A stretch of 61,855 bases of DNA, the filler included, from Platydemus manokwari (taxonomy: Eukaryota), in NCBI GenBank assembly GCA_037951405.1. It is 6 parts of 6 records of this genome, joined end to end, with 100 filler letters (N's around TTAATTAATTAA, not from the genome) between each part and the next. Parts side by side here need not be neighbours in the genome. Positions count along the whole stretch, not along the records: positions 8,870 to 19,087 come from JBBMOY011157327.1; positions 19,188 to 28,237 come from JBBMOY011307317.1; 4 more parts are not named here. One strand, written 5' to 3'. Every line of letters begins with the position of its first letter. Position 1 is the stretch's first letter. Under the pieces are notes generated by a model, which did no database searches, had not been told where the DNA came from, and saw only the letters and a program-made list of their open reading frames with translations. Of the stretch, positions 13,048-25,619 are shown piece by piece. The translations under genes were made by a program, and so were the position numbers.

Positions 13048-16000
13048 TTATGTTTCATTGCAGGCAATTGACCAAATTGTCATCTGAAAATTACGGCATT
13101 AAATATAATATGTCAATCAATTGACTTTTTTGTAAAATTGCTCTGTGAAGTTATTTCCTTGCTTAATCACACATTTGAAAGCCTGTCAAGAGTCTACACT
13201 AAAACATATTTTTACTAAACATTTTCAAAATCGAAAATAACTGCGAATAATCAGTAACGACAGCATATAGTTGTGACAAAACCTCAGTAGACATTCGAAA
13301 CTGGCATAATTATTAAAACTTTGATAATCATTTAAACTCTTCATAATTGCATTTTCTTAAGAAAACAAGTACAAACTTCGTTTAATAAATAGTCAGCATT
13401 TACTGTTTGAGTACTTCGTAATTAATATTCTTAACTTTCCATAGATATAATGTCAAAAATAAAACCTAATTGAATTCTCAATGATGATATTAAAAATTGT
13501 CATCACCAAACTTAGACTTTATTCGAAAGATTTTAATTTATTTTAATAATTCAAAAATAATATAATCTCAAATTATAAAACCGACCACAAAATTTTAAGT
13601 ATTAACTTAATTAATTTTAATAATAATAATCATAAATACTAGAAATTTACTTTTTTGAGTGTCTCCATTCTTTCTTCTCGAGTATTTACAGGCTGAAGAG
13701 TTGATCCTATTATTTTCACATTGTAATCGATTCCACAAGTCGCTATAACTACAATCATAAACAAATTGTGTATATTTCAAGAAATACAGAATTATTAAAA
13801 TAATAAATAATATAAATTGAAAGTTAAAAATAAATTTATATCGAAATCTTGTAACTTAATGGAATCGAAAACGTTGAAAAACTCAATACACGAAATATTT
13901 TCTTGTGGAAATTGTCGATAAAATATAGAAATTCTATGCATAAAAATTAATGAAGGTAACAAAAATTATTAGATTCCGAGGCATGTTTAAGTGTCAAATT
14001 CGATAATAAGTCACTTCTTAAAAAGTAGACATTATTGGTGAAATAAACTTGATAAGCTCCAAATATGCAAAAATAAAATCACTCATAATTAACACACTGC
14101 AAGAACATATTTTTTGTAACAAGTAAGAAATTATTTTTTAACAAGGAACAATACATAAATTTAATTGTTTTACAATCACTTCCAGTATCAAGTGATATTT
14201 GGCGGGATTCGTGATATTTAGTGATTCAAATTCTATTTGATTCATATCTTACTGACATAACAAAATATCTCAATAATCTTCGGTATGATTTGGGACTTAA
14301 TATCAAATAATTTGATTTATCCTATTGTGTGTTGACTTAATTTGTCTTAATAATGGAATCAACATCAATTATTCAATTATAACTAGTAAATACTTGAATT
14401 TTTACTTAGGCTTGATGAAACAAGATAGTCAAAAGCAACTTCGTCAAATGATTTGAAATTTATATACAATAAAGTCCTTTAATTTGTTTCTGTGTCAATT
14501 TTCCGTTTCACACAAATAATGCAATTTTGCACACTATTCTCTTATAGAATTCGGTAGGTGAATAATATAACGAATATAAACTAGTACAATCCTTCACGAA
14601 GGTGAAGAGTTTATCTTTGTCGATCGTATTGATTATATGTCTGTGTTGAACATTTTCCAAAATCATTTTGGTAGACTGCAACTTCCACAGCGTTCACAAA
14701 ACGAGTTTTTATTGACATTTTTATACTTATTGATAATATGTCAATCAATGTGAGGATAAATCGTCTTGATAAAAAAATTGGTTGTTGACATTAATGTTTC
14801 CTTATAATATTTCGCATTGAAATCAAATCATGATTAAACAACACTTGAAATTATGGTTTAATGGATTCTTCGTTTGATCGAAAATATCAACTACAAATAT
14901 TCGAACTCATAATTCAAAGTTTCCTTATTTTTTCTCATGCTTTGTTTCGTGAATTATAAGTTATGAATTTTATCTTTATATAGTCTTAAGAATTGAAATT
15001 ATCTATGAAAACTTCAATGGAAATTGAATTTCAGTCTTAGCCAAATTTCTTCAAGAATCATAAGATATCTTCCTTCAGAAGCATGTGGAAAGTAAATCAT
15101 TATTCCAATTGTTTAAATGTCGCAAAAATCTTTTGAATTCATGAAAGAAAACTTTTCTTTTTCAATATAAGTATATTTTGGTCTTATGTGGTAATGGGCA
15201 AAAATCTTCCACCACTTCTCTTTCTTCGTTCTTAACGCGGCATTTACCATAACGCGTTCGCAAATAAGGCCACGCTACATTCATAATCTTTATCTAATAT
15301 TACATGATTCAATAAAATAATCATGGGAAATAACCCAGAATGAAATATTTAATAATACACTAGATGTGTAATCTGAACTTCGCTTGAGTGCACTAAAATT
15401 TCATTACATATAATTCAAACTTAAAAATTAATTTCAATCTTTCACTATGTAGCTTTTAACTAAATTTTAAACGAAAATTTTATTTAGTTTGATATGGTTA
15501 GTTAGCTAATTAAAAGTAATACAATGGATGATAATGACGACTTCAATATTTTACTTGGTAAAAATGGATGAGGTTCAATGCGATTTGTTACTCTTTGGTC
15601 AGTAGGTATTGCGGCAATAGGATATTTTTCATTTCTTTCCCACACCAGTATATGTCCACATTCGGAACCGCTCAGTATGTAATTATTGCCCCAAAAACGC
15701 GTATCTTTTATCTATAAATATTTATAAAATCGAATTACTTATTTTATTGAAAAAATGTAAATACAATAAACAAAATAATCAATGAATGGCAAAAATTATT
15801 TCTGATTTTGATATAAAATTTATCAGAACAAATTTGATAGCGAATCAACTGATTAAATAAATATGAAACATTAATTAAATAATGGAAATAATAAGTAATA
15901 AATAGAAATAAGAAAATAAATTAAATAAAATATTAAACACGAAAAAAGAAGTGACTCAGAAAGAAATAATATAAACCGCCACAATTTGATTGAAAACCCC

Positions 16001-18595
16001 CTTTAATAAAGCTTTAAGAAATACCAGAACAGAACATTAAGTGAATCAGTGAACAGAAGAATACAGTAAAAGCATACAAGTCTACCATGATAAAGTTTAT
16101 TGTTCACCAAATAGCGAATCAGCAGTCAGTGTACTGATATTTTGAATACCAGAACATATTAAGCGCATAAATATATAAAAAGGCGGGAAACACTACCACA
16201 ACAATTAATTAAATATCGAAATGTCGGTGAATAATATAGAATTGATTTACTATTATAATTATAATCTTCTTTAAGTTCAAAACATTTTTCAACAAGTAAA
16301 AAGAATTAAAGGCTAAAATCGTAATTTTTTTTGTCGAGCTCGGAAATATCTCATGATTTTATTTTGAAACTAACTTAATGAATATTAAACAAAACTAAGA
16401 AAATCCATTGAATTCGGTATGAATTATATTTAGACCAAAATAAACATTAAATTTAGAAAACACTGAAAAAATTACCATAGTTCTACAATTTTGATGACCA
16501 TCATAGCTCTTTAATTGTTTGTATCTCATGATCGAATTTAACTCTGATTCCATATCATAATCAAGAGACTTTGATTCTTTACTGGAAACTAACTCTTTCC
16601 TAGATATATTATTTGAAAAAAAATTTTAATTGTCAAGAATTACTGCTGCAGCTCATTAAGAAATGATTGAATAGATGGTGGACAAAGAATTTCGCTATTT
16701 TCATGTTCAGCTAAATGAATCATACAAATAATTAAAAAGACCAATTGTAAAATAAATATTTTTGGAAAACTTAGAATAAAATATCGGATAATTATGATTC
16801 AAAATTCGTGACAATTTTTACAATATTTTCATACAATTGTCTTTCATTTTGAAATTTCTTTGTTTTAATCTACTTGATATTTTTCATGTTTCATTTTGAA
16901 AACACTCTTGAACATGTACAGTTCGTTTACGGAGAATTTTATATTTTTACTTCAGTGAAAAGGTACAGAAGTCACAAATGAATCATAAATAAATTTATTA
17001 CAGAATTACAGAAACCATGTATTATATTATTATTGAAAGTTACATTTAAAAATCAAGATCAAAATTAGTATATTTCTTCATCATTCCTTCATATAAACAA
17101 GAGAACTTCATAAATGAAATATTCGAAATTTTTATTTTTTATAAAAATTGTCTTTTGTTCTTTGAATTTTGAATAAATCAATTTGATCAAATACACATTG
17201 TCTTTTAAAGGCGTTGTGAAATGAAAAACATGTTAATGAATCTTTGAATTATTTATTATTTCTTTCATTTTTTAAAAATATTTAATAAATATTTAAAAAT
17301 TTACAACCTCCATCTCTAGGTGGACCAGTATCTTCCCAGTTACAATGAATTCGGAATATATTTGTGGTAGATGAAGAGGTTTCCTCAATCTATCAACCAT
17401 TATTAAATTAGCACCTTTAACATAAATCTAATATTTTAAAATAATAATAAATTTACATTAAATATGATAAATTACTGAAAAATCAAATAAGAAACCCATA
17501 TGATATTAATTTACATCAATTAAAGGAAATATGAAGTGAGAAATTGCATATCTTAAGATAAAATGGATTACAGCAAATATTTAACAGAAGATATATCGTC
17601 ATTATTATTCGAATCAAATATTTTTACATCAAAAGCTTCATTACTAAAGATTTTTATTAATTTTGGATCTTGAAATATAATTTCGTGATTTAGTTTAAAG
17701 AGATTTTTTAACAAGATTTTGTTTGAAAATATTTAAAAAAATTTGAGGATGGAGTTAACAACAATTTAGACAAAATTTTTAAAAATTATTAAAAATATTG
17801 ATGATAAATTTCAAAGATTAAGTAAAAGGGTAGAAAGAATTATTTTTATATGAATAACAAGAAAAATAAATTAATTAGTAATAATTTAACATAATATATA
17901 AATTTAAATTACGAATTGAATACAAATTTTTAAATATGGAAATTCTTATCATCTATCACATATTAAAAGAAAATATAAAGGACAAAAATATTGAATAAAT
18001 TAAATAAAATATATGAATTATGTAAGTAGACAAATAATTATTTATTAAATATTACTTTGCCTGGTATTTCGTTTTCCTGTTGTCTGGTATCAAACAAATA
18101 AATCGAATCATACATATAATTAACAAGCAATTGGTGTCCATATTTAGGTTCGAAGCTAATGCTATTAATATGACGTCTCCCATACCCATTTAATGGTCCG
18201 GAATTAGAATTTTTTGTATCTAATGGAAATTCAAGTGGTCTGCAAATTTCTACCACCATTTTTAACGTAGAACCAATGTCTAATATATTGAATAATAATA
18301 AAAATAATCATAATCATAATCATAATCATAATATCTAATATATGAATTTATCAGTACCTGTATTATTATTATTTTGAGTTAGATATCTTTTATCTAATAT
18401 TCTTACAAAACTATCACCACCTCCAGTGGCAATTTTATAAGAATTAACAGGATGTATTGCTACAGCAGATAATGCACATGGAAATTGCATCTTGATTACT
18501 GGTAGACAAGATGACTCGCGAATATCAAATATGCACATTGATTTATCATTACTAACAGATATGAACATATTGGGATCGTTATGGAAAGTTGAAAT
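13048..18595 (-). CDS. DCAF6: DCAF6 (IQWD1/NRIP)/WDTC1-like WD40 DDB1-CUL4 substrate receptor; multi-exon, 5' exons missing
   Basis: Exons about 18358-18595 (NDPNMFISVSND...IATGGGDSFVRILDKR), 18056-18279 (LLVNYMYDSIYLFD), 17308-17389 (RIHCNWEDTGP, cf. DCAF6 RGDWSDTGP), 16643-16710, 16476-16600 (YDGHQNCRTM), 15555-15711 (IKDTRFWGNNYILSGSECGHILVWER...IEPHPFLP), 13651-13748 (IATCGIDYNVKI). Tentative last exons at 13125-13182 and 13048-13083 ending IACNET*. Confidence 0.85.
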
Positions 18596-19018
18596 CTGTT
18601 TATTAAATTAAAAATATTTCATTGATGTAATTTGTTTCAAAAGTTATTTCTTGCATGATTATCGATTTCAAAGACAATATTTTAAGTATAAATAAATAAT
18701 TCATGCAGGTATCCGTATTAAAAAATAAATATTAAAAAATGCAAATATTAAAAAGAAAAAAATAAGAAGGAAAATCGCATAAAATTCCATTATAATATCA
18801 CTCAAAAATCTTGTACCATATCTACTTGCGTAATAAAAATAAGTGAGAGGTGTCGAAACAATAGTCGAACAAAACAATAAAATATCCCTAATTAAAATAA
18901 TGTTTAATTCTAAAATAATTATTAATATTGCATAATTCAAAAATTTTTAATTGTAATTGCATCGCTCTAATAGTTTGTCATTCAGAGTAAAATAATTAAT
19001 AATAATCCGTGCATACAC

Positions 19019-19023
<5 letters not shown>

Positions 19024-19082
<59 letters not shown>

Positions 19083-19083
19083 A
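19024..19083. repeat. (TA)n(TG)n compound microsatellite
   Basis: Directly visible, at a contig end. Confidence 0.95.
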
Positions 19084-19087
19084 TCAC

Positions 19088-19187
19088 NNNNNNNNNNNNN
19101 NNNNNNNNNNNNNNNNNNNNNNNNNNNNNNNTTAATTAATTAANNNNNNNNNNNNNNNNNNNNNNNNNNNNNNNNNNNNNNNNNNNN
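19088..19187. other. Artificial assembly spacer
   Basis: N44-TTAATTAATTAA-N44. Confidence 0.97.
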
Positions 19188-19261
19188 GTTCAGCGTTATA
19201 ACAATTTGTGTTAATAAAATACCTGCATAAAAACATGAATAACTTTTGACTCAACCTGGTA
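19188..19261. mobile_element. Terminus of a mariner-like element (TIR plus TA)
   Basis: aaaacatgaataacttttgactcaacctgg-TA is the near reverse complement of TA-ttaggctgagtcaaaagttattcatgtttt at 52845-52877; resembles mariner TIRs. Confidence 0.7.
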
Positions 19262-19370
19262 AATAGTTATCTAACAGATCCACCAGACAGAAATATCGAG
19301 AGAAATATTACGATTGAATCGATTAATTGATATGAGAAATGATAACAATGACAATAATAGGATCATCCAT

Positions 19371-19473
19371 GGCAATGACGCAAGCAATGAAGCGGGTAAT
19401 GGTGCAGGATGTATGAGAGGCAATGATGGAAGCAATGAAGCGGGTAATGGTGCAGGATGTATGAGAGGCAATG
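19371..19473 (+). repeat. 48-bp tandem duplication (about 2.1 copies)
   Basis: ggcaatgacgcaagcaatgaagcgggtaatggtgcaggatgtatgaga repeated, then ggcaatg; encodes GND(A/G)SNEAGNGAGCMR twice. Confidence 0.9.
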
Positions 19474-19479
19474 TGAGCA

Positions 19480-21000
19480 TATGTCGATATAAATTACAAG
19501 CTATTCAAACAATTCTCTTTAATATATCACAAAATATCAGATGTTTTTTGATGAAGATCTTGACACTTTTCAATACAATTACTCGATAATCACATATCAC
19601 AATGCAATTCAATGATTTATCTTCGATCCTGAGCATTTGTTTATTTGATGTTGATGACAACAATAATGACAATATGATCAATAAATTGAATCTATGTGAT
19701 CATTTGATCCATTTATCATATCGAATATTTGAATGTCCATCGATATTGATGAATGTGATGGAAATAAATATTAGACATCTATTTTCTTAATATCGATCTG
19801 TAGATAGCAACAGAGATCGATATACTGAACAAGATAGAGATAATGCTGTAACAAGAGGTATTGAATCAAATATGTTAGATAAGATGAACAGAGAAGAACA
19901 GAACGAATCTATAAATATAAGCCATCTCGAGAAATGATTCAATCAGGAATTATATCGATAAATCATTGCACAAATATTCACAACTTTTTCGCTCATTTCA
20001 AAATTCTATCAACACAACCAACTAGACTAGCACAATCTAAGAAACCATGGAAACCGATAAATACTGATATAAAATCCTTATTTTCATCACATCACGATAA
20101 ATTCAATGAAAATGAAAAATGTGTTGAGAAAACAATCAAGAAACGACGTTCATTGATTGATTTGACGACAAAGGTGAAAGATTTTCTAAAACCAACATCA
20201 ATGATTTTCTATATTTAATAAATTTGTAAAAGGTCATTTTCGCCTTTGAAATCGAAAGAAAAGATGATTGGAAAAGAGATTTGAAAAAGTAAAAGAATTG
20301 AGAAAATGAAAAATGAATGATTGATTCTGCTAATGTTATTGATTAATGCGATGAATATTTCTCCAGGAATGTCAATCAAATGTGAAAGAATAACAAAAGA
20401 GGAATTGGAATAGCGGGGATTAAACATCAATTCTATAAATATTGATTTGATAATTTGATGGAATGAATCAATATCTGATTTGTGAATGTTTGAATGTGTT
20501 TTGTGGGGAAAATAATGAGTTTTGTTTGTAAATAATCGATATAAATGATGATGGAAATATTTGATTGGATTGTTTTGAATAAGATTTGGCGATTGAACAT
20601 CAATAACAATGTTTTGTTGGGATCAAATGAAATGGTGAAGAAATATGCTTTCTATTCCAGAAATATAAATGTGAGATGAATCTATCATATCAATATGCCA
20701 ATCAATATTTCACAAATGTTAATGATATCAATACATCCTATTGTTCACATAAGTGCTCAATCAAAACTATGATCACTCAAGCATATAATTAATTAAATAA
20801 GATGAGGTGATTGTGTTGAAGAATAATTGATATCAAGTTGATCACTTCATTGGTGATAAAACAGTTTTTTCTCTTCATCACAAATCTGAACTATTCATGC
20901 TCATTTATCATTGTTATAGCATTTTAATTGAATATATTGATTAACGTGTGAATCAATATATTGAGTGATTGGAAATAAAAATTCAATTCTTGCTAAATGC
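19480..21000 (+). mobile_element. Heavily deleted Gypsy-like LTR retrotransposon remnant, with a possible extra secreted/membrane ORF remnant
   Basis: KYQMFFDEDLDTFN (pre-RT motif) near 19530-19575; NREEQNESINISHLE / MIQSGIIS (start-of-RT motif) near 19890-19960; downstream fragments LILLMLLINAMNISPG and Cys-rich EEICFLFQKYKCEMNLS...YCSHKCS with many stops. Confidence 0.45.
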
Positions 21001-21449
21001 ATGTCAATATAATTAATTTTTTTATTGATTTAATGATTTATTATTAAATCGATATCTGTGATTTTATACGGAATTTATTTGATAAATCATTATTTGATAA
21101 ACATTTATTGACAAATTATCAATTAATCAATTATATTTAACACATTGAGATGAAGGGACCAGCTCGACATTTGAAACTCCTTATGTATTAGTTTTTGTAT
21201 GACCTATTCTGAGATATAAGCATTGCATTGCTGGAAATGTCCGCTTTCATCAAGAAACTCCTCGATTTTATTTACAAACCAATAATTACTCGGTTTTCTC
21301 TTAATGATTTACAGTTTCATATCGACTTTCAAACACAGAACAATTTCAGAAAAGAACAAATCAAGGAACCTTAATATTATCATCAAGCAATAAATTTATT
21401 GATTAATTTATACCTGAGATTGATTAACTATATAATAAATCTCATAAAT

Positions 21450-21950
21450 GTGAAATCATGAGTTTATAACTCAAAACCTCCAACATTTGCCAGAACTATA
21501 TTTCGAAATGTCTCCACGATACACACTAATTATCGTAAATTAAAAAATATTAATTGATGTAAAATATCCCAAGGTCATTCTTGTTTTATTGAAATAAATT
21601 AATGCATTTTTAAACTAATTGTTTTTTGATGAGTAGCTTCATTTGGATTCACCATGGAGGTTGCTTTTCATTGATTTTATTCTTGACCTAGATCGATATT
21701 GTTTTACTTAAGATAACAAGAAGTTCGTCATGAATATCAATTGCAGTCAGTCGAACTTTATGGAATATATTCGACGAAAATGTTCCATCGATGATTTGGG
21801 TAAAACATTAATCCACTATTTTAATTCCAATTTATTGATTGTGATTTAAGAGATTTTCGATTTGTCTGATATCAGCGGGAAGCTTTTACAGTTGACGGAT
21901 CAATCACAAGATTTGAAGCAGACCCAGTTTGAGACCAGATCGACATATAT
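21450..21950 (-). mobile_element. Possible MULE (Mutator) transposase fragment
   Basis: Minus strand IIDGTFSS followed by a frameshifted QL..IH-like stretch (MULE DGTF...QLxxIH); the rest is degraded. Confidence 0.35.
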
Positions 21951-22306
21951 CCCTGTTTGTATAGATAGTAATCGATACTATTTGATAATCGATATAAACT
22001 TCATATGATAATAATAATTATTATTATTAATTTAGCAATAATAATTTTATAATTAATTGTTGCGAGAGTTTGCTGATTGATTGAATGAGATTCTCTAATA
22101 TCAGGTGACCGATAAGCCAGTTTCGCATCTCTGTCGTACAATACATCGACTGTATCATTTTACATTATAAATCTGACCTCAATTGTTGCTTTCCTAATTT
22201 TCCTCTAAGTATTGATTTTTGTTCTCTTAATAATTAATAAAATCAATAATATAACCAAATCTATAGTTATATATTCATTTATTCATAATTATTCCCATGC
22301 ACAAAA

Positions 22307-22781
22307 TACTTGAATTCGGTTAATACCACCCCAGATAATGCCATTCCGGTTAATGTCACCCCAGTTAATGTCACCTCTGCCAATGACAGCGGTATGGATA
22401 AATCCATTCGTCATTTATTATAGGTCGGATGGAATTTATTTTATCGAATATCAATAAAATATTTTAAAAATTCAGATTTTGGGATTTTATTTTATCACTT
22501 TTTAAATGTGGTCAAATAAATTTGAAGGCTGGATTGATTAAAAATAAATAGAATTAGAATCTTTTATAAAACACTGAAATATAGATTCCGTGCTCTGGTT
22601 TGGCTAATCGTGACGAATCAATTGCTTGTTATCGATCGATTTAAGATGACTCATTGTTTGTGTTTAGTTTCAGCTCTTAATAAATAATCAATTCATTCTC
22701 ATTAGTTTTTTTTACTGAACTCCGTTAATGTCACTCCGAGCAATTTAATGAAAGAGATGACATCAACCGAGTTCCATTGTA
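22307..22781. mobile_element. pogo/Tigger-like (Tc1/mariner superfamily) MITE, about 475 bp
   Basis: Left end TActtgaattcggttaataccac; reverse complement of the right end TAcaatggaactcggttgatgtcatc; subterminal motif gttaatgtcac repeated near both ends; TA flanks; no ORF. Confidence 0.7.
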
Positions 22782-25619
22782 TCCACATAAATATTGTATT
22801 TCATTATAGAAGATGAACATAACGAAATCTGCGATATCCGGCCATTAATCGAAGGCATCAATGATTTATATCCGACTCTTCAAGGTAATTTTCTGAATAG
22901 TTTGATTGAGCACACCCTGTGAAACCCCAAAAATTGATAATCAACGATTTCACTTCTTAATCACCTTTATCAATGATTTCCTCTCCTTTAATTTCGGTGC
23001 AATTATGTTTTCATTAATTCAAATTCGATATTCATTTAAGTAGTTATTGATGAAATTAATCCATTTTCACCCAATCAGATAAATTGCAAAGATACCGGAA
23101 ATCCAAGAACTCCAGAAAAGTGATGACAAGAAATCCAAACGCAAGTGCAAGATCTGAGATTAAAAGTTCCCGCAAACCAAAGAAATCGGAATGTTGAATT
23201 GACATTTTCCCAACATATTAGCTGCTCTCTTCCAATTAGTATTTGGCATCGAATCAGGATTTTTGTTCAGAGAGCTATTTATATTATTTTTATTCTGTTT
23301 TCATAAACACTAAAATGTAAAATTAAAAAAAAACTTCAATTTTTAATTGGTTATTGTTATAAAACACTTCGATTGATTCAGTGAAGCTTATCAATTGAAA
23401 CAACTCATATTTCTGTCATGTCATTAGTTACCGAGGTTATCAAGATATCGTGGGCCAATGATATGACATGGATCAAATAATTTTGATGTCAATTGATCTG
23501 ATAGTGTATTATAATCTGAACAATTGATATCAACATCAACACATATTTTCACGGTCTGCGTGGCATCTAATCATGGCATGTGCACATCAGATATAATGCT
23601 GATACGATAATAAAAGCGGGTCAGTACATCAATTAATCTTGATAAGATTCTATTATACAATTGTTATCATTTAGATAAGTGAAAGCCATCACTAGATTTC
23701 CATTTATATGAGAGCATTATTGTAAGATTAATAATTTATTGGAACTCGCTTCTGTAATAATTATTGATTTTCGAGAATTCTCAGACCCAGTGCGTCTGTT
23801 TTGTCGAATTAATTGCCCATTGTTTTATCTTAGTTAATCTATTGATAGATTTGGTTTCAAAAGAACTCAGAAAAATAAAATAAACAAAAAATCCATTTAA
23901 TTTGTTCTGAATGAATATAATGGGGACAAAACGATTGAAATAAAAAGCTGATATGAAAATGATTTGCCAGGATAGAGAGTCAAAAAATGATTTTATTTAT
24001 TGGTTTTAGTGTTGATGGTGAAATTTTGTCTGACTCTGATCAGAATATCAAATACTAAAAAGATCATGTTAAATTGGAATACTTGATAGCATTATCATAA
24101 AAATCATTAAAGAAAGCCCTCTTAAACAATATTTATGGGAGACATTGTCACTGATTAAGGGTTCATAACCAGGTGTGATTGTAGATCTTCGAGAGATGAT
24201 TGAGGATTTTCCAGATTTGATTAAACCAGCGAAAGTTCTCAATTTTAGTGAATCACTAAAGACGTACTTAAATGTTTTCAGTTTATTTTAATAATACTGA
24301 TGGAATTTTATTGAATTCGGGATTTGATGATGAATAGGAATAATTCGTCAATAATTTATCGATAAAATATTCAGTAAATTTGTATGATAAGTTAGAAGAG
24401 ATATGACAACTGACAGAATATAAGGTTGCGGGTTATTATAATATGAATAGGATAATGATGATAGCCAACTCTAATAATAAGACATATTATAATAAAAATC
24501 ATCAAATGTGCAACATACAAATTTAAAAGAGGGAAAGCTGTGGTACTATGAAGATGATAACATTCACCGAAGAGAATAATGACACTCTACTGTGACATTA
24601 AAAAAGATTGGAAAAATTGATTTTAAGATCCAATAAATTTTTCCCAACTTTATAGGAAGTTTTATGTTTAATTATTCATTATGAATCTCCTGCCGGAGAT
24701 CGATACGAATGAAATGAAGATAGTGTTGATAATGAAAATTGCCATGTTGCCGTACGTTCAAATTTAAAACAAAATGTAATGATTAGTCTGGTTGTGAATT
24801 GTAACAATGTAATGGTCCTGATCGCGAATGATTAGATCAATAGTCCTGCTTGTGAATACTGAATATGATTTTATCATGATTGACCATTTCATTATTTTAT
24901 ATCCGATCACAGCCCCATTTCATTAGCTCTTGATCGCGCAATTTTCACTAATAATATCTTCGTTACCTTCCTTATAACGATGGGTTATCAATAAGAGTGG
25001 AGTAATGACCAATTCAGCAACACTGAGAAAACGACAAGGCTATAACAATGATAAAGTATCCGATTTCTATTCTACTCCCATTATTTTAACTACCAGGAGA
25101 TTGATTAGTTCACCCCCAAAGAATGATTCGTTACATAAATTGATTGCTGTCATGCTCAAAATTTAACACCGGTTTATCAAATACTGCACTCGAATTACTA
25201 AATTGTTAAAATATCGAATATATCAAGATAAACATAAATCAGAATAAGACAAATGTTAGGTTCAAGCCTTGTATCGTTCCTATTATTTCTTATCGATGTT
25301 GATTTTATCACGCTAGCTATCAATGTCGTCTTAATCAGTCTCAAGGAATTCTTATTAGGGCCACATCTTAATGTAATATTCTTTGCCTGACACAAGTTTA
25401 TTATTTGAAGACAATAACCGTGACAACAGTGATGTATCATATAATTTGATTTTAAATAAATCTCAACTAATGCACCTCTACTCCTATTATCTGCATTTAA
25501 TTTCAGAGTCATTGAGACGTTGTTGAAAATTCAAGTGATTCTTTACAAAAATTATTCAGCACTAGTTATTATTAATGCTACCTTGGTAGTAATGAAACGC
25601 AACTCAGTAAATAAGAATA

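Noticed and set aside
19371-19473. 48-bp repeat as a CRISPR-like array
   Set aside because: Only about two head-to-tail copies, no unique spacers, no cas genes, eukaryotic context.
22316-22376. gttaatgtcacccca tandem motif as a regulatory array or telomere-like repeat
   Set aside because: Better explained as subterminal repeats of the pogo-like MITE.
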